Assembly (NCBI GenBank): GCA_041747555.1
Contig: JBGTEY010000014.1
Location: 20,919-84,918 of the forward strand
Direction: 5' to 3'
DNA from: Patescibacteria group bacterium
Lineage (GTDB): Bacteria > Patescibacteriota > Microgenomatia > UBA1400 > PJMF01
DNA: 64,000 nt
Part shown: piece after piece, positions 18,031 through 27,727 of the stretch
How positions within the stretch are numbered: position 1 is the stretch's first letter
How the letters are laid out: each line of letters begins with the position of its first letter
Program-made: the position numbers and the translations under genes
The notes under the pieces: model-generated
Database searches by the model: none
What the model was told of the DNA's origin: nothing
Seen by the model: only the letters and a program-made list of their open reading frames with translations

Positions 18031-18863
18031 TTTTTCCTTTCACTTTTTTTCTTAAAATCTTTCATAACTTGTAATCTAAAATCCCAGTCCGGATGCTTCA
18101 ATTTTCCTGAAAGCTTCTCGAATCCTGTTTTGAAACGATATGATTTGTAGGTGAAGAATGACAAACTGGTTGCTGTACTAAATAGTATCAAACTACCCCA
18201 GAAAAAACTATGTTCAATATCAAAGGGAGGAGTCCAGATTAAGTATATTGTAACATGAATGACGAACAGCGATGCGATGGTGAGCTTCATAAGGCGAGTG
18301 AAACTGTGTTCGTGCTGCCTGGGATCTGATAACCAAATTGCCAAAAAAAGGGCGACACCAAACAATCCTCCAAGTACCAATGCCGCATAAAAATTCCATC
18401 GCGCTAATTCAAACGGTATCGGTAACTCAAAATACGCGTTTGCAATCGCTACCAAACTAATCAGGACCATACTCCCCACAAACATCACAATATGCGTAAT
18501 CCAGAGGTGAAAATATTCAGATAACTTAAAAAGGTCATAGAGTGGATCGCGCTTCCGTTGCAAATTAAAGCTTTTGGTCAAAGCATGCATCACCACAAAC
18601 CCAAACACATACATTGCAATCACGCTAAACAACGTATCCCAAAAAAATATTTCATTTTGTGTGAGCGTACTATCAATTTCTTCTTTTAGTAAAAAGAAGA
18701 AAAAACTCTTTCCCCAGATAAAAAGTAACGGAGCAATAATGAACGCATAATAGAACTGCACCGTATCTAACTTGAGAATTTCACTCTTACCATTGAGTTG
18801 ATACAAAACAGCCGAGCTGACAATTGCCAACACGGGAACAATAATAAGGAGAAGTGGTAGCAT
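18027..18863 (-). CDS. multi-pass membrane hypothetical protein
   Basis: About seven hydrophobic segments; overlaps rnj start. Confidence 0.7.
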   Translation of the reverse strand: MLPLLLIIVPVLAIVSSAVLYQLNGKSEILKLDTVQFYYAFIIAPLLFIWGKSFFFFLLKEEIDSTLTQNEIFFWDTLFSVIAMYVFGFVVMHALTKSFNLQRKRDPLYDLFKLSEYFHLWITHIVMFVGSMVLISLVAIANAYFELPIPFELARWNFYAALVLGGLFGVALFLAIWLSDPRQHEHSFTRLMKLTIASLFVIHVTIYLIWTPPFDIEHSFFWGSLILFSTATSLSFFTYKSYRFKTGFEKLSGKLKHPDWDFRLQVMKDFKKKSERKK

Positions 18864-18906
18864 AGTAACGTGTCCCCGATTTTGATTTCAACGCCTGAAT
18901 TTCTTG

Positions 18907-19971
18907 TTAATATTGCGGCAAGAAAATCTTTTTGTTTTCGGGGTTTATTATAACTTCTGAGTATCCTTTTTCTACGATGATTCGAGCGACTTTTCGGACC
19001 GCGCCTTCTAAAGTCCGCTGTAAGGTACGAATTCCAGCGTCATACCCAAGTGGACGGGTAATTGCCGGCCAAACTTCATCGCTCATGATAAATTGATTTG
19101 GTTTGAGACCTGCGTCCTCAAGAAGACCAGGGAGAATGTACTTCTTGGCAATGACGATTTTCTCGTGGTCGGTATAGGACGGCATGGTGATCTTTTCCAT
19201 ACGGTCCATAACGGCTGTAGCAATATCCCCAGTATTATTGGCTGTAGCAAGGAAAATTGCATGTGATAAATCGATTGGATAATCGAGATACAGATCACGA
19301 AATGCATGATTCTGAGCGGGGTCGAGAAGTTCAACCAAAACACCCATGATGTCCCGATTAGCTTCTTTATTCACACGGTCAATCTCGTCTAGGAGAATGA
19401 CCGGATTTCTCACACCCTGCTCACATAAGCCTTTAATTATCCGACCCGGCTCTGACTCAAGATACAATCTGGAATTACCGCGCAGTTCTGCCGATGATCC
19501 CATTCCGCCAAACGGTACACGAACGAGCTTTCTGCCGAGCGCTTCTGCAAGTGAAATGGCAAACGTGGTTTTACCGGTACCTACCAAACCGACAAGTAAT
19601 AGAATTGGAGCGCGAAATTCGCTCTCTTGAAACTGGGTATCCCTAAGCTTGAGTACCGACACGTACTCAAGAAATCTATTTTTAACCTGCTGCATTCCAA
19701 AATGGTGTTTGTCAAAAATTGCTTTGGTGTGCTCTATGTCGAGCACATCTTTGCTTTCCTCGTGCCAAGGCACTTTGAGTGTCCAGTCAATATATCGAGA
19801 TACTTTTTCGTATTTTTCATCGTAACTACCCAGAGCCACACTTCTTTCTAGTGCAATAATGTCTTTATTGACCTTTCGCAGCATTTCTTCGGGTAGGGAT
19901 GCCTGCGAAACCTTACCTTTGAGCTCTTCTATTTCTTGCTTGAGTAGCTGAGTGTAATCCTGGTCCATCAT
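18907..19971 (-). CDS. Lon-like AAA+ ATPase module without N-domain or protease domain
   Basis: YIDWTLKVPW, HFGMQQVKNRFLEY, GLVGTGKTT, NPVILLDEID, LLDPAQNHAFRDLY, DRMEKI, GIRTLQR; ends before any Ser-Lys protease domain. Confidence 0.88.
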   Translation of the reverse strand: MMDQDYTQLLKQEIEELKGKVSQASLPEEMLRKVNKDIIALERSVALGSYDEKYEKVSRYIDWTLKVPWHEESKDVLDIEHTKAIFDKHHFGMQQVKNRFLEYVSVLKLRDTQFQESEFRAPILLLVGLVGTGKTTFAISLAEALGRKLVRVPFGGMGSSAELRGNSRLYLESEPGRIIKGLCEQGVRNPVILLDEIDRVNKEANRDIMGVLVELLDPAQNHAFRDLYLDYPIDLSHAIFLATANNTGDIATAVMDRMEKITMPSYTDHEKIVIAKKYILPGLLEDAGLKPNQFIMSDEVWPAITRPLGYDAGIRTLQRTLEGAVRKVARIIVEKGYSEVIINPENKKIFLPQY

Positions 19972-19997
19972 GGTGGGGTATCAATTCTTTGGAACGA

Positions 19998-20516
19998 TTA
20001 TGCCTCATTCGAATTGTGTGCCAGCGTCATTCGGGCTGCGACACCAATTGCGATCGAGAACAAACCAATTCCTACTACATAGAACAAAGTTGATGATCCG
20101 CTCTCTGGTAGCGTATCTGGCATAGCTGGCTGTGTTGCGACTGGGGATGGGGTTGCTGACGCGCTTGAGGCAGTAGCGATGTTGAGCGTAAAGAGGATGG
20201 TTTCTGTAAGAGAAGATACTTGAACGCTATATGCACCGACCGCAGACATCGTGGTTGGTTGATACTGCCATTCACCTTCGGTTGTTGCGTTTGTAGCGTA
20301 TGTTATGTTTTCAATTTTTACATTTACGAGCGCAGAGGGCGATGCAGTGCCTTTTAACACGGGGTTTGCACCAATATAGGTCCAACTGGTAAATGTTTGG
20401 CCATTGGTGCTAGCATTGCCGATTGAATCTATTGTGAGCGTTTGAGCGTGCACCGGCTGTGCAGTAAACACTGCAATAATCGTTGCAACAAAAAATGGAA
20501 TGAGTCGTTTTAGCAT
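19998..20516 (-). CDS. secreted Ig-like protein with LPxTG-like (LPESG) C-terminal anchor
   Basis: Signal peptide (VHA|Q), beta-rich domain, S/T/P linker, LPESG followed by TM. Confidence 0.65.
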   Translation of the reverse strand: MLKRLIPFFVATIIAVFTAQPVHAQTLTIDSIGNASTNGQTFTSWTYIGANPVLKGTASPSALVNVKIENITYATNATTEGEWQYQPTTMSAVGAYSVQVSSLTETILFTLNIATASSASATPSPVATQPAMPDTLPESGSSTLFYVVGIGLFSIAIGVAARMTLAHNSNEA

Positions 20517-20530
20517 GTGGACATTATGTA

Positions 20531-21478
20531 CTATTTATGAGGTGTATTCCAAGTGGCATTTTTCATTTGCTTGAGTGTACGGAGTCCTGGCTTAGCGCCA
20601 AGATGCTGTACGACATGCTCTGCACTCTCTTGACCCCATTTGATGGCTTCAGAAACTTCTTTTTTCTTAAGAATTGCAGACACAAATCCCATCCCAAATG
20701 CGTCACCCGCACCAGTATTGTCGACACTGTCGACTTTGTGGGCTGTATATTTTTGCTCTTTTCCCTCATGAAATACGCGCCCACCTTTATCGCCCTCTGT
20801 CACGACGACGACAGGAATTGAGTCAATAATTTTCTGCTGAAGCTTCTCCACGATACTCCATTCCTCTGCATTGACCAGGAAAATCTGGCAAACTTCCAGA
20901 AATGTCTGAGGCATTTTACCCTGTGCGATTAACTCGAGTTCTTTTCGCCCGGGATTCCAGGAAAGTTTGCGTGTTTTCTTTTTTTGGAGGTGGTCAAACA
21001 GTGTCTCTAGCGTACTCGTTTGTGCCGAGAGGTTAGTGAGATGAATCCAGTCTGCAGTTGCAATTGATTGTTTTGGAATGTCTTTTGGATCGAGCATGGA
21101 TGATGCTCCCCTATGCACAAGAATTGTCCTGACACCACCCTTTGCAAGCAAAATGATTGATCCACCAGTCTTTTCTCGATGTTCTCTTGAAATTAAATTA
21201 GTCGCAACTATTTCCTTATGAAATTCTTCTTCAATAATTTCTGACCAAGTGTCGACACCAACTTCTGTCACGATCGCAGTTCGGAATCCCAAACGAGAGA
21301 ACCCTACAGCCGCATTTCCTGCACCACCGCCCGTTCGCAAGGAGAAGTCATCAACAAGTAATTTGTCTCCTCCAGTTGAGGAAAGCACCACGCCAGATTT
21401 TGACGACTGCAACTCAAACTCATCAGACTGAATAAAAATATCTACAACCGCAGAACCAATCGTGATCACGTCATACAT
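20531..21478 (-). CDS. PfkB family carbohydrate kinase
   Basis: GGGAGNAA, WNPG, VNAEE, DNTGAGDAF. Confidence 0.92.
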   Translation of the reverse strand: MYDVITIGSAVVDIFIQSDEFELQSSKSGVVLSSTGGDKLLVDDFSLRTGGGAGNAAVGFSRLGFRTAIVTEVGVDTWSEIIEEEFHKEIVATNLISREHREKTGGSIILLAKGGVRTILVHRGASSMLDPKDIPKQSIATADWIHLTNLSAQTSTLETLFDHLQKKKTRKLSWNPGRKELELIAQGKMPQTFLEVCQIFLVNAEEWSIVEKLQQKIIDSIPVVVVTEGDKGGRVFHEGKEQKYTAHKVDSVDNTGAGDAFGMGFVSAILKKKEVSEAIKWGQESAEHVVQHLGAKPGLRTLKQMKNATWNTPHK

Positions 21479-21480
21479 GA

Positions 21481-22119
21481 CTATACGATACCATCAACAG
21501 GCCGTCTTGGTAAACCACACCGATTTTCTAGTTGACCTTCAAACGCTTCAAGCTGCTCTATTAATTCAGTTTCGTTTTTGGCAATGCTATATACTTCACG
21601 TTCTTTATCCCCGATAAAAAAATGGTCATTAATCACCCGAAGTAACGATTCCCAGAATTCGCCATATAAAATAAGCGGTTTATGTTTGCCATAATATAAG
21701 TGCGCCAGCAGCCAAGCAGTTGACCACTCACTCAGAGTACCCGTGCCACCCTGAAAACAAATAAATGCGTCAGCGTGATCCATGAGGCCAAACATTCTCT
21801 CGATATAATTGGCAGTCTTTATTTCATGCGCGGGTTTATTGTCACTAAATCGCCCCTCAAATTCTGGCATGTCCTTAGGATAAAATGTCACTGCCAAGGT
21901 ATCGCCTCCAGCGGCTTGAGCACCTTTGGTGGCAGCATCCATAACTCCTGGTCCGCCGCCATTTACGATCACTCTACCGTGGTAAGCGAGATGACGAGCA
22001 ACGTTAAATACTTCTTCATACAATGGGTGCTTGGTGTCAATGTCGGCGCTTCCAAAAATAGCAATATTTTTGATCGTACAATGCTCTTGCGCACTGGGAA
22101 TCGGGATGTTAGTTTTCAT
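21481..22119 (-). CDS. LOG family nucleotide phosphoribohydrolase
   Basis: IFGSA, NGGGPGVM, GGTGTLSE. Confidence 0.87.
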   Translation of the reverse strand: MKTNIPIPSAQEHCTIKNIAIFGSADIDTKHPLYEEVFNVARHLAYHGRVIVNGGGPGVMDAATKGAQAAGGDTLAVTFYPKDMPEFEGRFSDNKPAHEIKTANYIERMFGLMDHADAFICFQGGTGTLSEWSTAWLLAHLYYGKHKPLILYGEFWESLLRVINDHFFIGDKEREVYSIAKNETELIEQLEAFEGQLENRCGLPRRPVDGIV

Positions 22120-22140
22120 AAAAATTTTCTTTCTCTTTCA

Positions 22141-22800
22141 TTACCCTCGTTGTAGCGACTCGAATGCTTCTTGAATTGCTTCTGCTTTCCACAACACCGA
22201 ACCCACTGACACTCCTTGAACACCAAGTTCCTCAAGTATCGCTACCTGTTCTGCCTTTATACCTCCATCAACGATTATTTCAATTGCGTGTTCGCTGGCT
22301 CTACTTCGTTTCACCGCTTCCTCAATAAATGCAAGCGACTGCGGCTTAAACTCCTGCCCTTGGTAACCTGCCTGAATTCCCATAACTTGCACAATATCTA
22401 CGAGCTCCCAAACATGCTCATGAATCGACTCAAGGGGTGTGTACAAGTCTAGTGAAAGCCCGACTTGCCAGTTATTTCTCCTGACTTCTTCGGCATAAGC
22501 GACCTGATCGCTCATGCGCTCAATCTGGGCAATAATTGCCCTAATTGGCAACTGCTTCGCCATATCACGCGCTTCATAAACAAAATCGAGCGGTTCGTTA
22601 ACCATGAGATGGAGGTCTGCACGCAACTCACCGTATTCAAGTTCAGCCAGCGCAGTTGGAGCAAGCGTCAAGTTATCAACATAATACCCATCAATCACGT
22701 CAAATTGGACGGTTTCAACATCGGATAATTCCTGCGAAAGATCAAGCTGCTCCTGAGCAACGTGCAAGTCCTGGGTCAAAATACTGGGATATATTTTCAT
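22141..22800 (-). CDS. rpe: ribulose-phosphate 3-epimerase-like
   Basis: PSIL, FDVIDG, DLHLMV, VMGIQAGYQGQ, IVDGGI, VGS. Confidence 0.85.
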   Translation of the reverse strand: MKIYPSILTQDLHVAQEQLDLSQELSDVETVQFDVIDGYYVDNLTLAPTALAELEYGELRADLHLMVNEPLDFVYEARDMAKQLPIRAIIAQIERMSDQVAYAEEVRRNNWQVGLSLDLYTPLESIHEHVWELVDIVQVMGIQAGYQGQEFKPQSLAFIEEAVKRSRASEHAIEIIVDGGIKAEQVAILEELGVQGVSVGSVLWKAEAIQEAFESLQRG

Positions 22801-22835
22801 GTTTTTCCTGTTCGTTGATTAAAGCTAGTATAGTT

Positions 22836-23321
22836 CTATCTTGCGTGAGCCTGTTCAATATCAAAAATCTTTTGTGCTCGTCTGAGATCTGATTCCTCGT
22901 TACTAAAGGCAGTCGTTAAAAATGCTCGAGCTAATTGCTCGACTTCTCCCACTGAAAGAAAGTCGCTCGGTACTGAGAGCACATTTACGCCATCGTCATG
23001 TCGAGCACCCTTGACCTGATCAGCGCGAAACCCAAGTGCAGACCTCACTCCCGCAATTTTATTTGCAACCACAGACACACCTACTCCTGATCCACAGAAT
23101 AAAATGCCACAGCTTTGCTCAACACTCGCGACATTTCTTGCAACTTGATATGCAATATCTGGAAAGTCATCGTGCTTTTGATACGATTCAGCACCACAAT
23201 CCACAACTGGAAATCCATGTGACTCAAGCCATTCCTTAATATGCTCCTTATGCTCAAATCCACGATGGTCCGCACCTAAAAATATGGTTGAAAATTGTGA
23301 TTTTTTTTGAAATTCAGTCAT
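22836..23321 (-). CDS. rpiB: ribose-5-phosphate isomerase B
   Basis: GADHRG, CGSGVG, ANKIAGVR, RHDDGVNVL. Confidence 0.92.
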   Translation of the reverse strand: MTEFQKKSQFSTIFLGADHRGFEHKEHIKEWLESHGFPVVDCGAESYQKHDDFPDIAYQVARNVASVEQSCGILFCGSGVGVSVVANKIAGVRSALGFRADQVKGARHDDGVNVLSVPSDFLSVGEVEQLARAFLTTAFSNEESDLRRAQKIFDIEQAHAR

Positions 23322-23345
23322 AGCCAGGCATTTGATATGTGGTTT

Positions 23346-23690
23346 TTACAGTCCGAGTTCAGCTCGGGCTGCTTCATCCATCATATCTGGAATCCACGGC
23401 GGGTCAAAGGTTAATTCTACAGTCACGTCTTGTTCAGAGGTAACTTCAGGCAACTCTAAGACCGCGTCTTTTACCATTTTATCAAAAACACCAATCAGCG
23501 GACAACCTGGTGTCGTGAGCGTCATTAACACATGAATGTGGTCACGCGGTCCATCCTCAAGTTGTCGCTGACGAATCACGACTTCATAAATTAACCCAAG
23601 ACTGACGATATCGATATGCAACTCCGGATCAATTACTTTTTGAAGCGCGCCGATAACGAGGTCTTTGGTGATTTTTTTATTTGTACTCAT
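23346..23690 (-). CDS. metal-sulfur cluster assembly factor (DUF59/SufT/PaaD)
   Basis: VIDPELHIDIVSLGLIY, MTLTTPGCP, FDPPW. Confidence 0.92.
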   Translation of the reverse strand: MSTNKKITKDLVIGALQKVIDPELHIDIVSLGLIYEVVIRQRQLEDGPRDHIHVLMTLTTPGCPLIGVFDKMVKDAVLELPEVTSEQDVTVELTFDPPWIPDMMDEAARAELGL

Positions 23691-23725
23691 AATAGGTTTG
23701 TCTGGTTCAGAGTACGTATTCTATC

Positions 23726-23763
23726 AAAAAACCCCCGCTTGAATGACTTCAAATCGGGGGTTT
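23726..23763 (-). terminator. intrinsic terminator
   Basis: Minus strand CCCCCG-A-TTTGAA-GTCA-TTCAAG-CGGGGG-TTTTTT. Confidence 0.75.
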
Positions 23764-23780
23764 CTTAGTTTCAAGAAAAT

Positions 23781-23990
23781 TTACTTGTCAGATCGTTTCA
23801 GAACTGGCATGTTGGTTCGCTTGGTTTCCATAACCTCATATCCTGCTGGAACTGCGGAAAGGACACCTTCGCGAATATCTCGGGCGAAGAAATAAATTGT
23901 TTGTACCCGACCATTTTTGAGAGTAACATCTTTGCTGTGCAAAAAGTACTCTTGCCCTTTGGCATTTGTGTAACTGTAGGCGTCTGCCAT
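23781..23990 (-). CDS. small hypothetical protein
   Basis: 69 aa, GGAAG RBS, followed by terminator; YFLH...LKNG..QTIYFF...VPAGYEV pattern. Confidence 0.75.
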   Translation of the reverse strand: MADAYSYTNAKGQEYFLHSKDVTLKNGRVQTIYFFARDIREGVLSAVPAGYEVMETKRTNMPVLKRSDK

Positions 23991-24149
23991 ACGTACTTCC
24001 TTTCTCTTCTCTCTATTTGAGAGAAAATTTTTGTACCTAGTACTACTCTGTACTGTATACGATTGTGAACGACCTTTTTACTTGACGTGCACCTCTGGAT
24101 ACTATCTTTAGAATATCACACCAGACGGGCTTATCAAGGAGCAAATTCT

Positions 24150-24710
24150 TTATTCTTCTATTTCCATTTCGAGATCGGTGGTCTCACCTTCCATTACTTC
24201 AGCTTCTGGGGCTTCAATAATTGCCCGGAGAAGGACGCCAGATAGGTCGCTTGCCGTGAGTAACGCTTGGTCAGTGACCAGTACCTCGAACGGTAGTAAA
24301 TCAGACGGTAATGCAGCGCTACCGAGTAATCCTCCCTTTTGCTCTTCTAGGTTGAATGCCTGTCTAAGTGCTGCTCCATCTACCTCTTTGAGCCAAACTG
24401 AGTATTCTGCGTCAGTATCTTCAGTCTCATCAAGCGTGACGGTGAACCTGACTCTCTCATCATCGATATGGTAACGAATGCTGCCAGAAACAGAGCTTTC
24501 AGCACTTGCCGGCTCCAGCTCAACCATTTCAAAATCACCCGCAGATTGGAGGCTTTGAGCCTCTTCTTCACTGAGGTTTTCAATTTCAATACCCTCTGCA
24601 AAGAGACTATCTTCAACGCGTTGAACTCTCTGGTTGTACCAACGAACTACTAAGAAAAATACGACTCCCAATACCAGGAGTGGCAAAAGATATGGTGTGT
24701 ACCGTTTCAT
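24150..24710 (-). CDS. membrane-anchored acidic hypothetical protein
   Basis: N-terminal TM, YSVWL..., weak resemblance to RskA C-terminal domain. Confidence 0.65.
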   Translation of the reverse strand: MKRYTPYLLPLLVLGVVFFLVVRWYNQRVQRVEDSLFAEGIEIENLSEEEAQSLQSAGDFEMVELEPASAESSVSGSIRYHIDDERVRFTVTLDETEDTDAEYSVWLKEVDGAALRQAFNLEEQKGGLLGSAALPSDLLPFEVLVTDQALLTASDLSGVLLRAIIEAPEAEVMEGETTDLEMEIEE

Positions 24711-24739
24711 AAAATTACCCCTTTATTAATGCTCAACTA

Positions 24740-25402
24740 CTACTGAGCGCTACTTTCTGCAAGCAGTTGTGTCACAGTCGCTTGCAACTGTGGGGCAGGG
24801 GTTCTTTGACCATTCACGAAGAAGGTCGGTGTAGCATTCACTGAAGCTTGCGATCCAGCAACTACATCACTGGTCACGGCGTCTGCTACAGATTCGTCTT
24901 CCATTTTCTCGATAAACTCATCTTTGTCAATCTCTAATTCAGCTGCATAGTCTCCAAACATATCGAGCAGGTCATCATCGCTACTGATTTGTGACCACTC
25001 GGTTTGATTGTCAAAGAGAACATCATGAAATTCCCAGAACTTGTCGTAGCTCGCTGCTACTTCTGACGCATGTGCGGCAGTACGAGCATTTGGATGAATA
25101 TTATCAAGTGGATAGTGTCGATATACGAACTTCACCGAGCCTTCATTTTCTGCAAGTACTTGCTTAATAAGTGGCTCAGTAGCCTTACAGGCCGGACATT
25201 CAAAGTCACTAAACTCGACGATTGTGATAGGCGCATCCTCTGGACCTGTACTGTGTCGTGCATCTGCCAGAAGAATAGCTTGATCCACGGTATCACTTGA
25301 GGTACTATCGGCACCTTGTGTTCCACCAAACATGACTGCAATTGCCAAAACTAAGACAACTGAAATTAGAAGTGTTCCGATTAAAAGTGGTACATTTTTC
25401 AT
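24740..25402 (-). CDS. DsbA-family thiol-disulfide oxidoreductase
   Basis: EFSDFECPAC, YRHYPL, VNATPTFFVNG. Confidence 0.93.
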   Translation of the reverse strand: MKNVPLLIGTLLISVVLVLAIAVMFGGTQGADSTSSDTVDQAILLADARHSTGPEDAPITIVEFSDFECPACKATEPLIKQVLAENEGSVKFVYRHYPLDNIHPNARTAAHASEVAASYDKFWEFHDVLFDNQTEWSQISSDDDLLDMFGDYAAELEIDKDEFIEKMEDESVADAVTSDVVAGSQASVNATPTFFVNGQRTPAPQLQATVTQLLAESSAQ

Positions 25403-25499
25403 AGTTTCTCCGCGATACAGTCTGTTGCTGAAAGACTGTATTTATATGTATATATCATATTTAGCAACAAGTACGCTAGTAGTAACTTCAAGATTTATT

Positions 25500-25850
25500 C
25501 TATGCAACTGGCCATACTTGCTGACCAGTTTGAGTGTCGGTAACGATGATGGCTGCCGTCGGACAACTTTGAGCTGCTAAAAGTTTGGTATCGTCATCAT
25601 TGCCATCTTGTGAAATGACGACGGCGATGTTTTCCTCGTCAAGTTCGAAGACTTCTGGAGCGATGGCGGCGCAGCTTGCTGCGCCTATGCATTTGTCTCT
25701 GATGACCTCAACTTTGTATTTGCCAATTTGCTTTGACTGCACCACTCCACCATTTGGAGTCGTTTCTGTGGTGACACCTGGCGGTTGAGGGACTGGTTGG
25801 GCACCGGGTTGCACTGCGGGTTGATTTTGATCTGTTGGCTGATCTTGCAT
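25500..25850 (-). CDS. ferredoxin, probably [3Fe-4S] type
   Basis: CIGAASC...AQSCPT; likely start MQDQP at 25850 (AGGA RBS) rather than 25955. Confidence 0.85.
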   Translation of the reverse strand: MQDQPTDQNQPAVQPGAQPVPQPPGVTTETTPNGGVVQSKQIGKYKVEVIRDKCIGAASCAAIAPEVFELDEENIAVVISQDGNDDDTKLLAAQSCPTAAIIVTDTQTGQQVWPVA

Positions 25851-25887
25851 AAAAATTCCTTTACGTATCAATACTATACTATTATTT

Positions 25888-26691
25888 TTAATAAAATTTT
25901 TCGTGATGGAGGTATTTTTTATCGATTGCTTTACCTTCGAGATACCCCAACACATCGTGAATCATTGGTTGGTTTCCACAAAGATAATAACCTGTCTTGG
26001 GATCGTGATCTTGGTGCACGCTGATGCAGTCAGTCACTCTACCTCGACACAACGTCCAGCCGTCAGATGCTCTAGAAATAACGGGATGAAATGAAAAATT
26101 TGGAAATGCATCAGAAAGTTCCGCAAACTCATCTTGCCAAAATAATTCCTCGACATAGCGCATTCCCCAGTATAGCGTCAACTTTCTGGTGTCCTTTTTC
26201 TCATGAAGTTGATCTAAAATAATAGACCGCATCGGAGAGATGCCTGATCCAGTCGCGACGAGAACAATTTCAGTTTCATCAGACGCTTGTGCAATGGTAA
26301 ATGCACCCATAGGACCCAAGGTGTCTACGGACTTTCCAAATTCTAAGTTTTCGAGAAACTTACTCCCCGCTCCCTGAGGACTGATGTCGACAAGTACGTC
26401 AAATCGATGATCAAGTGATGGACTACTACAAATGCTGTAGGAACGTCTATCACCGTTTTCTGCAACCTGGATCGAAACATACTGCCCTGCTAAAAATGGC
26501 ATTCGGTGTGGTTCATCGAGCTCGAAATTGAATTGAATAAATTTTTCATTAAAAATGTGTTTATCAGCCAATTTTACCGTCACTCTTTTTGGAGGTAATG
26601 GACGAGCTGGTTGGGGAACAATGGGTTGATCCGGAGTCGGGGTTGGTGCTGCAGTTGATACTACATTAGGGGTTGAAGTAGATGTGTCCAT
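25888..26691 (-). CDS. FAD/NAD(P)-binding oxidoreductase (FNR-like)
   Basis: FLAGQY, RSYSICS, GAGS, ATGSGISP, YLCG, EKFY. Confidence 0.92.
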   Translation of the reverse strand: MDTSTSTPNVVSTAAPTPTPDQPIVPQPARPLPPKRVTVKLADKHIFNEKFIQFNFELDEPHRMPFLAGQYVSIQVAENGDRRSYSICSSPSLDHRFDVLVDISPQGAGSKFLENLEFGKSVDTLGPMGAFTIAQASDETEIVLVATGSGISPMRSIILDQLHEKKDTRKLTLYWGMRYVEELFWQDEFAELSDAFPNFSFHPVISRASDGWTLCRGRVTDCISVHQDHDPKTGYYLCGNQPMIHDVLGYLEGKAIDKKYLHHEKFY

Positions 26692-26746
26692 ACGATGGCT
26701 ATAATACGGATGTTCCTTGATGTGCGCAAGACGTAAACGAAAAGAA

Positions 26747-27331
26747 CTAACTCAATTCTAGCTCCGTAGCTGCTTTTTGAAGTTCAACTTTCCAACTTCG
26801 TCCGTACCACAAGCCGAGTGCTAACTTGGTTATATTTTGATATTCTTCGGTGCGGTCGATGAAGTTCTTGGTAATAATACCCAAGAAACCTTGCTTTTGT
26901 CTTACATCACTTTCACCCACTAATTTTTCTGCCACTGGACCAAGTTCTTCACCATTCCGCAACATTTCTGCGATGAATTCTGGAATATAAAATCTCGCAC
27001 CATTTGCAGATTTCACAGCGCCCTCAAAATCTACTACAGTAATCCATACTGTTGAATGCATGCCGAGCTCTGTCTCAGTGACTCCGCCTTCTGGACCAAC
27101 ACCAAGACATACTAAAGGATCAAGGTTAGGGTATTTTTTCAATCCCATTTCTAGTGCAGCCTTTGCTCGATTTATGGATCCTTTTTGAGTTTCTACATCA
27201 CCCATTGGTTGTTCTGAAATACCACTCTCCACGTCAAAACCTTCTACAATCACCTCTGGCCATTCTTCAGTTGCAGCGCCGATAGTAGCATTTATTTTGA
27301 CTGGATTTGCTGAGCCGACAAAGATGTGCAT
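26747..27331 (-). CDS. yjjX: non-canonical purine NTPase (YjjX/DUF84)
   Basis: GSANPVK, SGISEQP, GSINRA, EGG, ELG. Confidence 0.88.
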   Translation of the reverse strand: MHIFVGSANPVKINATIGAATEEWPEVIVEGFDVESGISEQPMGDVETQKGSINRAKAALEMGLKKYPNLDPLVCLGVGPEGGVTETELGMHSTVWITVVDFEGAVKSANGARFYIPEFIAEMLRNGEELGPVAEKLVGESDVRQKQGFLGIITKNFIDRTEEYQNITKLALGLWYGRSWKVELQKAATELELS

Positions 27332-27364
27332 AGGTTTCCTTTCAATGTATTCTATAAAAATATA

Positions 27365-27724
27365 TCAGCTTGATGCAATCGCCTTCACCCCCAGCATCAC
27401 ACATTTTACTCTACCTGGACTAATTTCAGTAAGTCCAAGCAAATCTAACATATCTTCTACCGTTAGTTTTTTGACCTCAGAAACTGATTTTCCCACTGAC
27501 CAATCTGCGAGTACACTCAGCGATGCCTGACTCATAACGCACCCGTCACCTGTCCAGCCTATTTCTGCAATTGTGCCTGCTTCATCAAACTTTACGGTAA
27601 TCTCAACTGAATCACCACACGATGAATTTGTGCCATTAAATTGTTCGTCAGGATCAGCGAGCAGGCCATGACGCCGTGGGTGTTTTGCTTCATCAAGTAA
27701 ATCCTGGTGATACATCGAGCTCAT
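27365..27724 (-). CDS. sufU: SUF system NifU-family Fe-S scaffold/sulfurtransferase
   Basis: NSSCGD, GDGCVMSQAS, RVKC. Confidence 0.9.
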   Translation of the reverse strand: MSSMYHQDLLDEAKHPRRHGLLADPDEQFNGTNSSCGDSVEITVKFDEAGTIAEIGWTGDGCVMSQASLSVLADWSVGKSVSEVKKLTVEDMLDLLGLTEISPGRVKCVMLGVKAIASS

Positions 27725-27727
27725 GCG

